Of a stretch of DNA of 32,883 bases, positions 1 to 11,743 are shown one piece after another. This stretch comes from Macrostomum lignano. Its lineage: Eukaryota. Numbering within the stretch: position 1 is the stretch's first letter; each line of letters opens with the position of its first letter. The stretch lies in assembly GCA_002269645.1 (NCBI GenBank), contig NIVC01004867.1, positions 1 through 32,883 of the forward strand. Direction: 5' to 3'. Under the pieces are notes generated by a model. That model ran no database searches. It was not told the DNA's origin and was given only the letters and a program-made list of their open reading frames with translations. Both the position numbers and the translations under genes were made by a program.

Positions 1-1635
1 AGGACTGTCTCTGCTCTGTCCCCTGCTGTCTGTCCTCTGTCCCCTGCTGTCTGTCCTCTATCCCCTGCTGTCTGTCCTTCTGTCCCCTGCTGTCTGTCCT
101 CTGTCCCCTGCTGTCGTGTCCTCTGTCCCTGCTGTCTGTCCTCTGTCCCCTGCTGTCTGTCCTCTGTCCCCTTGCTGTCTGTCCTCTGCCCTGCTGTCTG
201 TCCTCTGTCCCCTGCTGTCTGTCCTCTGTCCCCTGCTGTCTGTGTCTTCTGCTGTCTCTGTCCCCTGCTGTCTCTGTCCCCTGCTGTCTCTGTCCCTGCT
301 GTCTGCCCTCTGTCCCCTGCTGTCTCTCCTCTGTCCCCTGCTGTCTCTCTTCTGTCCCCTGCTGTCTGTCCTCTGTCCCCTGCTGTCTGTACTCTGTCCC
401 CTGCTGTCTGTCCTCTGTCCCCTGCTGTCTGTCCTCTGTCCCCTGCTGTCTGTCCTCTGTCCCCTGCTGTCTGTCCTCTGTCCCCTGCCTGTCTGTCCTC
501 TGTCCCCTGCTGTCTGTCCTCTGTCCCTGCTGTCTGTCCTCTGTCCCCTGCTGTCTGTCCTCTGTCCCCTGCTGTCTGTCCTCTGTCCCTGCTGTCTGTC
601 CTCTGTCCCCTGCTGTCTGTCCTCTGTCCCCTGCTGTCTGTCCTCTGTCCCCTGCTGTCTGTCCTCTGTCCCTGCTGTCTGTGTCTTCTGCTGTCTCTGT
701 CCCTGCTGTCTCTGTCCCCTGCTGTCTCTGTCCCTGCTGTCTGCCCTCTGTCCCCTGCTGTCTCTCCTCTGTCCCCTGCTGTCTCTCTTCTGTCCCCTGC
801 TGTCTGTCCTTGTCCCCTGCTGTCTGTCCTCTGTCCCCTGCTGTCTCTCTTCTGTCCCCTGCTGTCTGTCCTCTGTCCCCTGCTGTCTGTCCTCTGTCCC
901 CTGCTGTCTGTCCTCTGTCCCCTGCTGTCTGTCCTCTGTCCCCTGCTGTCTGTCCTCTGTCCCCTGCTGTCTGTCCTCTGTCCCCTGCTGTCTGTGTCTT
1001 CTGCTGTCTCTGTCCCTGCTGTCTCTGTCCCCTGCTGTCTCTGTCCCTGCTGTCTGCCCTCTGTCCCCTGCTGTCTCTCCTCTGTCCCCTGCTGTCTCTC
1101 TTCTGTCCCCTCTGCTGTCTGTCCTCTGTCCCCTGCTGTCTCTGTCCCCTGCTGTCTCTGTCCCCTGCTGTCTCTGTCCCCTGCTGTCTCTGTCCCTGCT
1201 GTCTGCCCTCTGTCCCCTGCTGTCTATCTTCTGTCCCCTGCTGTCTCTCCTCTGTCCCCTGCTGTCTCTGCCCCTGCTGTCTCTGGCCCCTGCTGTCTCT
1301 GCCCCTGCTGTCTGTCCTCTGTCCCCTGCTGTCTCTCCTCTGTCCCCTGCTGTCTGTCCTCTGTCCCCTGCTGTCTCTCCCTGCTGTCTCTCCTCTGTCC
1401 CCTGCTGTCTCTCTTCTGTCCCCTGCTGTCTCTGTCCCCTGCTGTCTCTGTCCCCTGCTGTCTCTCCTCTGTCCCCTGCTGTCTCTGTCCCCTGCTGTCT
1501 CTGTCCCCTGCTGTCTCTGTCCCCTGCTGTCTCTGTCCCCTGCTGTCTCTGTCCCCTGATGTCTCTCCTCTGTCCCCTGCTGTCTCTGCCCCTGCTGTCT
1601 CTGCCCCTGCTGTCTCGCCTCTGTCCCCTGCTGTT
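1..1635. repeat. Pyrimidine-rich minisatellite, ~21-nt unit CTGTCCCCTGCTGTCTGTCCT with 14/20-nt variants; truncated by window start
   Basis: Directly visible tandem units. The long Cys/Leu/Ser/Pro ORFs here are translations of the repeat. Confidence 0.97.
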
Positions 1636-2324
1636 TTAAGCAAAGCGGAATCCATTTAATCGAATTGTAACTCCATTACACAATGTATTTTATCAACAAA
1701 ACTAAATACCGTCTGTAACACAGTCTGTACACGGTAAGAGATAAACGCAAAGAGGAACGAAATCTGACAAAGATATTTGCGAGAAATAATTAGAAAAAAT
1801 AATCGAAAATGATTAGTCAGGTCAGCGGCAACAGAGAATGGCGGCCCAACAGAGGATACAGTGCTGTGAACTACTAGCGCTATTCACTCTCACTCCGACA
1901 CAGTCACTCACAGCTCTCTAGATTGCCAACTCGCCCACTTTGCCACATGAATAAATAATTTATTGTCAATCAACCTCTAAGCTCTCACCTCTCCTATATC
2001 CAGCTTCCCCATGCGCCTTCCACTCCGCCAGCACTTCATTTTGCTTCAGAGAGAAAAAATGAGTTAGAGAAGGGGAGAGAAGTTCAGCTTGACTGACTTT
2101 GACGCAGAGAGGGAGTGAACTGCTGAAAAAATCTGCCAGAATTCCGTCCACGCGAGGGTTATAAAGCCTCTCCACTTACTGCTGCTCAGAGTGAGCTCAG
2201 GGCGCGCGGGATTCCGCAGGCTCTGCTGGGTGAGCACAGGCAACTCCGCCCACAGCCCTCCCCCTCCCGCTATTGTAGACCCGCTTTCAAACCCGGAGGC
2301 TGAGCTGTCATTCAAATAATAGCC

Positions 2325-3055
2325 ACCCGCCACCAGGGAGGTGAGAGGCAGGTGAGCAGAGTCGCCACCAGGGAGGTGAGAGGCAGGTGAGCAGAGCCGC
2401 CACCAGGGAGGTGAGAGGCAGGTGGGCAGAGCCGCCACCAGGGAGGTGAGAGGCAGGTGAGCAGAGAGGGCAGAGCCGCCACCAGGGAGGTGAGAGGCAG
2501 GTGAGCAGAGAGAGGGCAGAGCCGCCACCAGGGAGGTGAGAGGCAGGTGAGCAGAGAGGGCAGAGCCGCCACCAGGGAGGTGAGAGGCAGGTGAGCAGAG
2601 AGGGCAGAGCCGCCACCAGGGAGGTGAGAGGCAGGTGAGCAGAGAGAGGGCAGAGCCACCAGGGAGGTGAGAGGCAGGTGAGCAGAGAGAGGGCAGAGCG
2701 CCACCAGGGAGGTGAGAGGCAGGTGAGCAGAGAGAGGCAGAGCCGCCACCAGGGAGGTGAGAGGCAGGTGAGCAGAGAGAGGCAGAGCCGCCACCAGGGA
2801 GGTGAGAGGCAGGTGAGCAGAGAGAGGGCAGAGCCGCCACCAGGGAGGTGAGAGGCAGGTGAGCAGAGAGAGGGCAGAGCCGCCACCAGGGAGGTGAGAG
2901 GCAGGTGAGCAGAGAGAGGGCAGAGCCGCCACCAGGGAGGTGAGAGGCAGGTGAGCAGAGAGAGGGCAGAGCCGCCACCAGGGAGGTGAGAGGCAGGTGA
3001 GCAGAGAGAGGGCAGAGCCGCCACCAGGGAGGTGAGAGGCAGGTGAGCAGAGGCC
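2325..3055. repeat. Minisatellite, 44-46-nt unit GCCGCCACCAGGGAGGTGAGAGGCAGGTGAGCAGAGAGAGGGCAGA
   Basis: About 16-17 near-identical tandem units; the first ones are shorter (~36 nt). Confidence 0.97.
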
Positions 3056-3499
3056 AGAGCCCATTGACCTTCATAGCAAACGGGCCACTTACATGTAGTT
3101 TCTTTAGTCAAAACCGGCTTCATTGCAACTAGCCAGCCTAAAAAAGAATTAGAAATCATTTTTAATATACATATTGCAAATTTCAATACTCAGTACTAAC
3201 TCTGTTAGTAGTAGCTAATTCAAAGCATCAATTAGCCACACACTGAATAATATCCGCGAGTTAGATAGAGACAGGAAGTGAATTGGGGAGAAAAGGTAGG
3301 ACAGTGAGTGGGATAAATTACTAATGACGAGAAAATTAACAGAGTCGTAGCGGAAGTAACTGTGAACGGATTAAAATGGGATCCCGTTCGGTTGTGAGGG
3401 TGAAACAAATACCCCTATAGAAGATGGACCAGCACAAGTGTAAATATAGAGTGATCAAGGAGTTGCGACATGACTGGCAGGTAAATAACGGGGGTAGGT

Positions 3500-4160
3500 A
3501 GAGAGGGGGGAGGAAAAGAGAGACAGGGGGACAGATGGAACCGGAGGAGGGAAAGGGGGAGAGGAATATAGGGAAGAGGGATATAGGGGAGAGGGATATA
3601 GGGAGAGGGAGAGAGAGAGGAGTGGAGAGAGAGGGAGAGAGGGAGATAGACGGAGAGAGGAGAGTGGGAGAGAGGGAGAGTGGGAGAGAGAGGGAGAGAG
3701 AGGGGAGAGGGAGAGAGGGAGAGAGAGGAGTGGGAGAGAGAGGGAGAGAAGGAGAGAAGGAGAGAGGGGAGTAGGAGAGAGAGGGAGAGAGGGAGAGAGG
3801 AGAGTGGGAGAGAGAGGGAGAATGGTAGAGAGAGGGACAGTGGATAGAGAGGGAGAGAGAGGAGTGGGAGAGAGAGGGAGAGAAGGAGAGAAGGAGAGAG
3901 GGGAGTAGGAGAGAGAGGGAGAGAGGGAGAGAGGAGAGTGGGAGAGAGGGAGAATGGTAGAGAGAGGGACAGTGGGATAGAGAGGGAGAGAGAGAGGGAG
4001 AGGGAGAGGGGAGAGAGGAGAGGGCGAGAGAGGGAGAGTGGGAGAGAGAGGGAGAGAGAGGGGAGAGGAGAGAGGAGAGAGAGAGTGGAGAGAGAGGAGA
4101 GAAGAGGAGAGAGGAGAGAGGGAGTAGGAGAGAGAGGGAGAGAAGGAGAGAAGGAGAGAG
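3500..4160. repeat. Purine-rich (GA/GGA) low-complexity tract with internal duplications
   Basis: Almost exclusively G and A on the + strand. Confidence 0.93.
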
Positions 4161-5109
4161 GGATTACACATGCAGGAAAGCGAGTAGGAGGTGGGAAGGA
4201 GAGAATAGATGAGCAAAAGGATAGGTGCAGGATGGCGCCGGAGTGGCAGAGGCCAGCAGTCTGCATGCAAACTTATTTAAATAATCCTTTCTATTCTCAA
4301 GTAGTGTTTGAAAACGCTGCTATTTCAACAATTTTTCAAGAAATCTGCAGTAGAGCAGTGAGTTCAGAGAATATCGCCAGTTAGGGCCTCTCCAAGCAGG
4401 CATTGAAAAATCAATGAATGAATGATGCGAGCAGCCTGTGTGAAGGGTCCTACCTATAGTATTAGAACTCATGGCTCAGGCACTCCGAATACCTGAAGGT
4501 TACAGAGGCAATGTGCTATACCGTCTTCTTCTTTTTTTCTGGAGCAGCGAAGTGTCTCCGCCGGGCCCTATCGGTCTGTTGGCCACTCCAGATCCCAGCC
4601 TGGAAAAAAAGTCATTTTTCTTTCCCTTCGCATGATTGCCGCCGCTCTTGAAGAAGAGGCTTGGAGTGGGAAGTGAAGGAAATTGAGTCGGAGGGAGCTT
4701 CTGTCAGGATTTAACAAATGGTCGGCCAGAGGAGGCTGGCCGGGAGCGATGAAGCGAGCTAGAGTAAAGCATAACCTCGTTGGTGTGCGAGGATCGCGGG
4801 GATGAGGTGCACAACGAACTTTATGAGAGACGATGAACATTTTTCTGCAAGCAGAAAATTTTAGCTCAGAAAGACTTTCATGGAGGAGCTTAAATCTCTG
4901 ATCTGAAGCAAGCCACAGGGAAAAATAATTATCTTTCTTGCTTTCACGTCAACTCCTGTTACTGCTTTGCAACCTTTTTTACCTGTCTGCCTCGGCATAT
5001 CACCGCTGCTCGTGCTCTACTGCCGACTCTAATCCCCTCTAATCCGCTCTAATCCACTGTGGGTCTTCCGTGATGTCTGCCTCTTGGATTGACTCATAAT
5101 CTCGACCAC

Positions 5110-5455
5110 TCCCCTCTCTTACATTCTTCAGCTCTCCCTCTCCCTCACTCTCTCACCCTCTCCCTCTCACCCTCTCTCCCTCTCTCCCTCACTCTCTCAC
5201 CCTCTCTCCCTCTCACTTTCTCTCCCTCTCACCCTGTATCCCTCTCACCCTGTATCCCTCTCACCCTGTATCCCTCTCACCCTGTATCCATCTCACCCTG
5301 TATCCCTCTCACCCTGTATCCTCTCACCTGTATCCCTCTCACCCTGTATCCCTCTCACCCTGTATCCCTCTCACCCTGTATCCCTCTCACCTTGTATGCC
5401 TCTCACCCTTCTTCTACTCTCCCTCTCCCTCTCCCCTCTCTCCCTCTCTCGCCTT
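5110..5455. repeat. CT-rich tract containing a 16-nt minisatellite CCCTCTCACCCTGTAT
   Basis: About 10 tandem 16-nt units at ~5225-5400, flanked by (CT)-rich sequence. Confidence 0.92.
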
Positions 5456-6080
5456 TCTCAAAGTCTGCCCAGTAGTCTGAGTAGTCTTACTCACCCAAAA
5501 ATATCTCAATATTTATAAAACCGGATCGGCCAGACTCAGAGTTCATCCCCACCGGAGCGGATCTTTTTCAGCTTCCCAGCTTCAACTCAATCGCTATTCA
5601 GCTGGTGCAGTGGTGCTCAGCCACCGATTCCCGCCCTTCCCCATCTGTCACTTCTCAAGAGTGCTACAAGCCGGCACAAAAAAAGCGAGATCACCAAAGC
5701 CAAGACCGGCGACGAGAGCTGAACTCAAGCACGGCTGAGCAGGGCAAGAAGGCATCGCTACTGGTATTTGAGTATGAGAAACTGAAAACCTGCGCCGCTC
5801 AGAGACCAGTGCCGCCCTGTACAGGGCCTCTCCCCATACTCCCTGCTCTGCCCATGTTAGATTTTAGTAACTGGAGACATTTCCAAGCGGAATTTTCCTA
5901 TTCAAAAATTGCAAACATCCTCCCTGCCAAACTCACTCACTCGCTCCCTCTCTCTCTCTCTCTCCTCTCAATCTTCTGCCTGTCTTCAAGGCAGCTCAGG
6001 TGCGCGCGAGCAAGGCGATAGAATACCTAGAATGGGAGAGAAAGAGGTGAGAGGCGGAGGCCGTTGGGGACAGCCGGGAT

Positions 6081-7289
6081 TCAGCAGCCGCTGAGATGGG
6101 GAAGCTGAGGGAAGGGGACGGCTTGACTGAACAGGGAGTTCAGGCTGTCAGCTGGGGGAATTTCGCCTGCGGCGTCCGACGCGGCCGACACCGAGGGGCT
6201 CCAGTTGGCGGCGCTGCTGCTGTAGCTGGAGACGCTGACGCTGCGATCGTACACTTGCTGCGGCTGCTGCTGCTGCTGATGATGATGATGAAGCTGTTGG
6301 AGATGCTGTGGCGTCTGGCCGAGCCGGCCTATCAGAGGCGAACCGGCGGCGCTTTTGCTGGCTGAGCCGCTTCTGTAGGCAGACGGCGAGGATGCCTGCC
6401 GCTGGTACAGCAGGCCGCCGTGCTGATGCTGCTGATGCGCCAGCAGCGGCTGCCTGGCTGGCGATCCCTGGCCAATGGAGTCCATGCCAGCCATGGAGCT
6501 CATGGCCGTCAGCGGGATGCACTCCGGCGGCAGCTTCAACCCGTCCGCGCCGACAAAGCCGCCGCTCTTGATCAAACTGCCGGCGTTGAGATCGTTGTCG
6601 TTGTCGGCGTCGCGATCCTCTTCATCGTCGTCTTCGAAGTGCTCGGCCCTCGCGCTGACGCCGCGGCGGCCGATGACTGTTGAGCGCCGAGACCCGAGCT
6701 GCAGCAGCCGCCGCCACCGCCGCCGCCACCGCCGCCGCCTCCGCCCGTGGCTTCAAAGTAAACGTAGCGCTTGAAGGCGAAGACGGACTGGAAGGAGCTC
6801 GCCAGATCTGCGCCGAGTGCGCTGTCACGGCCACGATGTGGAGGAAAATTCGACGGTCGATGCCGCGGCACCGGCTGACCAGGTACCAGTCCTGCTGGAA
6901 GTCGGCGCTGCCCGCCACGTAGCGGCGCAGGTCGGACTCGACCAGAACGCCGACAATGCTCATGCCGATGGCCATGAGGCCCAGCATGGCAGCTAGCAGG
7001 CTCAGCACCATGCTGCTGATTGAGGCGCGCGCGCCGCCGCTGCCGCGTGAGGTGCGAGCGCCAGCAGGCCGTTGGCGGCGTAGAAGGCGCCGGTCCAGGT
7101 GCCAACGGCCAGGAAGCCGGCGAAGCACTGGTCGAAGTGGCATGCGATCGAGGCGACAAACGCGGCCGCGCCTGTGCCGATCTGGGCCAGCGCGGTGGCC
7201 TGCACCCGCTTGGCGAAGGGCGAGCCGCCGCCACTACCGCCGCCGCCGCCTTCGCTGTCGCCGCCGTCTCGAGCACAACGCCGGCACAT
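6081..7289 (-). CDS. CD20/MS4A-like four-transmembrane protein (~403 aa) with poly-Gly linker and long Ser/Gln/His-rich tail; three apparent 1-nt deletions (~7054, ~6821, ~6575)
   Basis: Joining three frames gives MCRRC...KRVQATALAQIGTGAAAFVASIAC (TM1), AGFLAVGTWTGAFYAANGLLAL (TM2, GxWxG motif typical of the CD20-like family), ASISSMVLSLLAAMLGLMAIGMSIVGVL (TM3), RIFLHIVAVTAALGADLASSFQSVFAF (TM4), then the tail ending PHLSGC*. Start and stop are in the same frame, consistent with three net deletions. Family call is by motif recognition, not a search. Confidence 0.7.
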
Positions 7290-7546
7290 GATTTCAATTA
7301 TTCTGTATGGTAAAGTGAAGCGCCTCGGCTGCAAGGTAGCCAGGGCAGCCGCTGTAGAATTGAGGAGACTGGGAGGGCAGGGGGTGCCTATCTTATGAGC
7401 AGAAGCGCTGAAAGCTCTGCTATTGGCCGGGACCGCCGGGCTGAGGACTGGATGGCGTGACAGGGTGAGTGGATACGCCCTCGCCTTCGCTTCTGACTCC
7501 TTGACCGTGGGATAGATTAGCAACCCATGTACTAGATTATGAATTC

Positions 7547-8445
7547 AGTCTAGTATTTTCATGATATTTTATTAGATTAGCGATCCTTTCCACTGCTACA
7601 TCAATGGTGACTAGATTAGCAATCCATTCTAATCCTTCATCACTCGTGTTGGCTAGATTAGCAAGCCATTCTAATCCTTTATTACTCATGTTGGCTAGAT
7701 TAGCAATCCATTCTAATCCTTGATCACTCGTGCTCGTGCTCACTAGATTAGCAATCCATTCTAATCCTTCATCACTCATGCTCACTAGATTAGCAATCCA
7801 TTTTAATCCTTGATCACTCGTGTTGGCTAGATTAGCGAACCGTTCTAATCCTTATCCACATGTGTTGGTTAGATTAGCAATCCATTCTAATCCTTCATCA
7901 CTCATGTTCACTAGATTAGCAATCCATTCTAATCCTTCATCACTCGTGTTCACTAGATTAGCAATCCATTCTAATCCTTCATCACTCGTGTTGTCTAGAT
8001 TAGCGAACCGTTCTAATCCTTATCCACATGTGTTGGCTAGATTAGCAATCCATTCTAATCCTTCATCACCCATGTTGGCTAGATTAGCAATCATTCCAAT
8101 CCTGTATCACTCGTGTTGGCTAGATTAGCAATCCATTCTAATCCTTCATCGCTCATGCTCACTAGATTAGCAATCCATTCGAATCCTTTATCACTCATGT
8201 TGGCTAGATTAGCAATCCTTTCTAATCCTTTATCACTCATGTTGGCTAGATTAGCGAACCATTCTAATCCTTTATTACTCATGTTGGCTAGATTAGCGAA
8301 CCATTCTAATCCTTTATTACTCATGTTGGCTAGATTAGCGAACCATTCTAATCCTTTATTACTCATGTTGGCTAGATTAGCAAGCCATTCTAATCCTTCA
8401 TCACTCGTGTTGGCTAGATTAGCAATCCATTCTAATCCTTCATTC
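7547..8445. repeat. Minisatellite, ~42-nt unit CTAGATTAGCAATCCATTCTAATCCTTCATCACTCGTGTTGG
   Basis: About 20 tandem units; shares the core AGATTAGCAATCCAT with the arrays at 19104-19805 and 22570-23695. Confidence 0.96.
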
Positions 8446-9039
8446 TCTCTATGATGCGCAACATGGCAGATCGGGTCAGCCGCAGTGCAATAATCATATT
8501 GTCGAATCATTGTGCAAAGCGGAGCCCGGGGCTAAAAAAGAAGACAGGATTTGCTGCTCGCAAATTGCTTGGGCGGGGCTTCTAGCCTCTTTGACTAGAG
8601 AGTCGCTTCTTCTTTTGTTACTTTAACCAGCCCACCTGGCCTCATTCGGGGCCGCCTCCCGACCTACCCCGAAGCGGGATCATTAGCGAGCAGCATACCA
8701 AGCCTCCCCTCGCCATCATTCCGTTCCCCCCTTTGCTCTCCCATTTTCTCAATCATTTAATGCATCATTTTGCATGGAAACTCCTATTCTGCATTAGAAA
8801 TAAAGAATCTGAGGAATAGCTCCTGTCGGATGCTCTATTCTATAACAGCTACTATAAGTAGTGGAACAAGAGCGAGCCTACACACCATTTACATCAAATA
8901 GCATTGCTTATCTTCCAGGTAACATTAAATATTTCCCTGTGTGCTGCTCTGGCCAAATTTAAGCAGTTTTTGTTTAAAAACTAATTATTCAAATACTAGT
9001 CAAATTCAATCTATCAATATGCGACAAGAAAACGCATCC

Positions 9040-9890
9040 AATTGGACACCCGGACACATCCAATACATGTGTATGACATACGGACACCTTCAATAGATAC
9101 ACCAGACAGAAAACACCAGACAGGACACCCGGAAACACCTGATAAAAAACACCTGATAAAGCACAAGAACACACCCGGACACACCTGATAGGACACTCGG
9201 ACACACCAGACAACGAACCCGGACACACCTGATAGGACACAAGGACACACCTGATAAAACACAAGGACACACCTGATAGGACACAAGGACACACTTGGTA
9301 TGACACAAGGACACACCGGACAACGAACCCGGACACACCTGATAGGACACAAGGATACACTTGGTATGACACAAGGACACACCGGACAACGAACCCGGAC
9401 ACACCTGATAGAACACAAGGACACACCTGATAGAACACAAGGACACACCTGATAGGACACAAGGACACACTTTGTATGACACAAGGACACACCTGATAGG
9501 ACACAAGGACACACCGGACAACAAACCCGGACACACCTGATAGGACACAAGGACACACCTGGTAGGACACAAGGACACACCTGGTAGGACACAAGGACAC
9601 ACCTGGTAGGACACAAGGACACACCTGGTAGGACACAAGGACACACCTGGTAGGACACAAGGACACACCTGGTAGGACACAAGGACACACCTGGTAGGAC
9701 ACAAGGACACACCTGGTAGGACACAAGGACACACCAGACAGGACATTCGGACACACCTGATAGGACACTCGGACACACCAGACAGGACATTCGGACACAC
9801 CTGATAGGACACTCGGACACACCAGACAGGACATTCGGACACACCTGATAGGACACAAGGACACACCTGATAGAACACAAGGACACTGTA
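9040..9890. repeat. Minisatellite, 22-nt unit GGACACAAGGACACACCTG(A/G)TA
   Basis: Homogeneous core at ~9540-9720 with degenerate flanks. Confidence 0.96.
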
Positions 9891-10310
9891 AGCCAGGGAG
9901 CACCAGAAAAAGAAACTACAGAACAATTCCCGCACTGATTGGCCTTGTATCCCTCCAGCTTGATACTCCAATTTCATGCGCAGTCAGGCCCGAGCTGAAG
10001 CCCCAACTGCGGCTCAGGCACAGCTGAACTGATCAAGTGGAGTCCAGTGTTTGCCCATCGCCAAGAGAATCAGAGACAGAGAGGGGGAGAAACTGAGAAA
10101 GACAGAGTTTTAGATAGAGAGAAGATCAGTAAAGTCTCTCGATTTCTCCCTAGTCCTTGAGTTTCTTTCCAGTCCAATTAGATTTACGCTGAGAGAGAGA
10201 TTGAGATTGAGTAGAATTCAAGCCGATCGATTGAATAGACAGTTGCCTTAAGTTATGGAGTTCCAAAAATACTATACTAACGTCTCACTAACAATACTTG
10301 TACTTACATA

Positions 10311-10772
10311 AGTATTGCTTTTGTCAGCCTAACTGAGAATAAAGCCATCCAATGTGAGAATCCTGCCTACGCTGACTGCGAAGGGCCTGGCTGCATGCAG
10401 CCTTAGTCTATGGGCCATAGACAATAAAGGACAAGCAAAGTGATAAAAAGCCATCCAATGTGAGAATCGATTGGTCCATGCGTCGTATTCTTTTATTTTT
10501 ATACCTTCTGAGCTTCTGAGCCATATGACTAGCCAATCCTAGCTTATCCTTTATAGTCTATGGCTCATAGACTAGGCTGGACGCAGCTAGGCCCTTCGTA
10601 TTCAGCGTAGGCAGGATTCTCACATTGGATGGCTTTTTATCACTTTGCTTATCCTTTATAGTCTATGGCCCATAGACTAAGGCTGCACGCAGCCAGGCCC
10701 TTCGCAGTCAGCGTAGGCAGGATTCTCACTTTGGATGGCTTTATTCTCAGTTAGGCTGACAAAACCAATACT
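10311..10772. mobile_element. Non-autonomous foldback/MITE-like element with ~158-nt inverted arms
   Basis: 10311-10468 is the near-perfect reverse complement of 10615-10772 (AGTATTGCTTTTGTCAGCCTAACTGAGAATAAAGCC... / ...GGCTTTATTCTCAGTTAGGCTGACAAAACCAATACT). No coding capacity. TSD not cleanly resolved. Confidence 0.7.
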
Positions 10773-11259
10773 GCTTTTGTTCTCCATTCTCTAGAGCAGC
10801 AGTCACTACACTCGGCCATAGACAAAAATAGTGTGGGCCAGCTTCAAGGAGTTCTATAGTTAGCATCTGGAGTGGAAACGAGGTCAGGTCAAGGCTCTGC
10901 TCTCTGGTTAAAAGACAATCAAGTTTTCTGGCTACATTTCTACATGATTTCTACCCTGGGAGAGGCTAAAAACTGAAAAAATACAATTTCCAATGAATCT
11001 GCACTGACCTTCGGGTTGTCTCTATGCTTCAGCCTTGCTGTTAGAATTGGGAGCCAGGGCAGGGAGCGCATTTCCGTCTGAACAAATCAATTAAATACGC
11101 AGCAGCTCAAATAGACATGAAAATGCACTTTAGGCTCGAGTCTGGGAGATCGTTGGGCCATCCCAGGGCTTAAGCGGTTTAACTATTCCTATATGATGGA
11201 ATTTCTCAACCCATCGAAAATTCACATATCATATCTGCATTTGATATTATGGAGAACTA

Positions 11260-11495
11260 CCTATACATTTATTTGAGCCGATTTCTGTATATTTAAATGA
11301 TGTAGCATCTTTAGCAGCAAAAGCAGCAGACAGGCAATATGACAACTCTTGTTGACTCAAGTAGCGAATGTCCCACTTGCACTTGCAAGCCAGCTATCCT
11401 GAACTTCCATGGTATATATTTGACACGACCTGGCCTAGAACCACCTCCAGCCTTCTGCTCCACTGATTTCTTGTACCTCCAGGTAGCACAGCGCA
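11260..11495 (-). CDS. Candidate internal exon of the large minus-strand gene (SALCYLEVQEI...FRIAGLQVQVGHSLLESTRVVILPVCC), frameshifted; downstream boundary uncertain
   Basis: Acceptor TTTTAATTAG| at 11496-11497. It joins in phase 2 to the donor at 13508, giving ...LPVLS-ALCYLEV. Confidence 0.35.
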
Positions 11496-11743
11496 CTAAT
11501 TAAAACGGCATCCCGATCTTATCAGTTCAATTTAACTAATTACCTTATGCCGAGCGGGTGAGAGAGTAGATGGACAAAAAACTGTAGACTATTTTTTCTC
11601 ACTAAAGTTATGGGTATGGCAATGACCTTCTAGGATTGAAACCCGGCTGTAGGACCGTGGGCTTCCATAGTATAGCGATTCTCTATTGGCTGGTTTCAAT
11701 ATTAATGATTAGAATTTATCCTTGTACTTTGCCTTATCCTTTT

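Noticed and set aside
116-1659. Long Cys/Leu/Pro/Ser-rich ORFs in several frames; likewise at 2064-3186, 3415-4384, 8989-9977, 16081-16749, 24142-25011, 26495-27908, 28367-29532 and 30941-31484
   Set aside because: They are stop-free translations of tandem repeats, open in multiple frames and on both strands, with indel variants that ignore codon phase.
5820-5900. LPMLDFSNWRHFQAEF resembling an LTR-retrotransposon Gag motif
   Set aside because: Short motif only; no LTRs, PBS, zinc knuckle, protease or RT sequence nearby.
7537-8510. 14-aa repeat (SDEGLEWIANLANM) superficially resembling a leucine-rich repeat
   Set aside because: The period is too short for an LRR, units have frame-breaking indels, and the same DNA core appears in non-triplet (20, 22, 26 nt) arrays.
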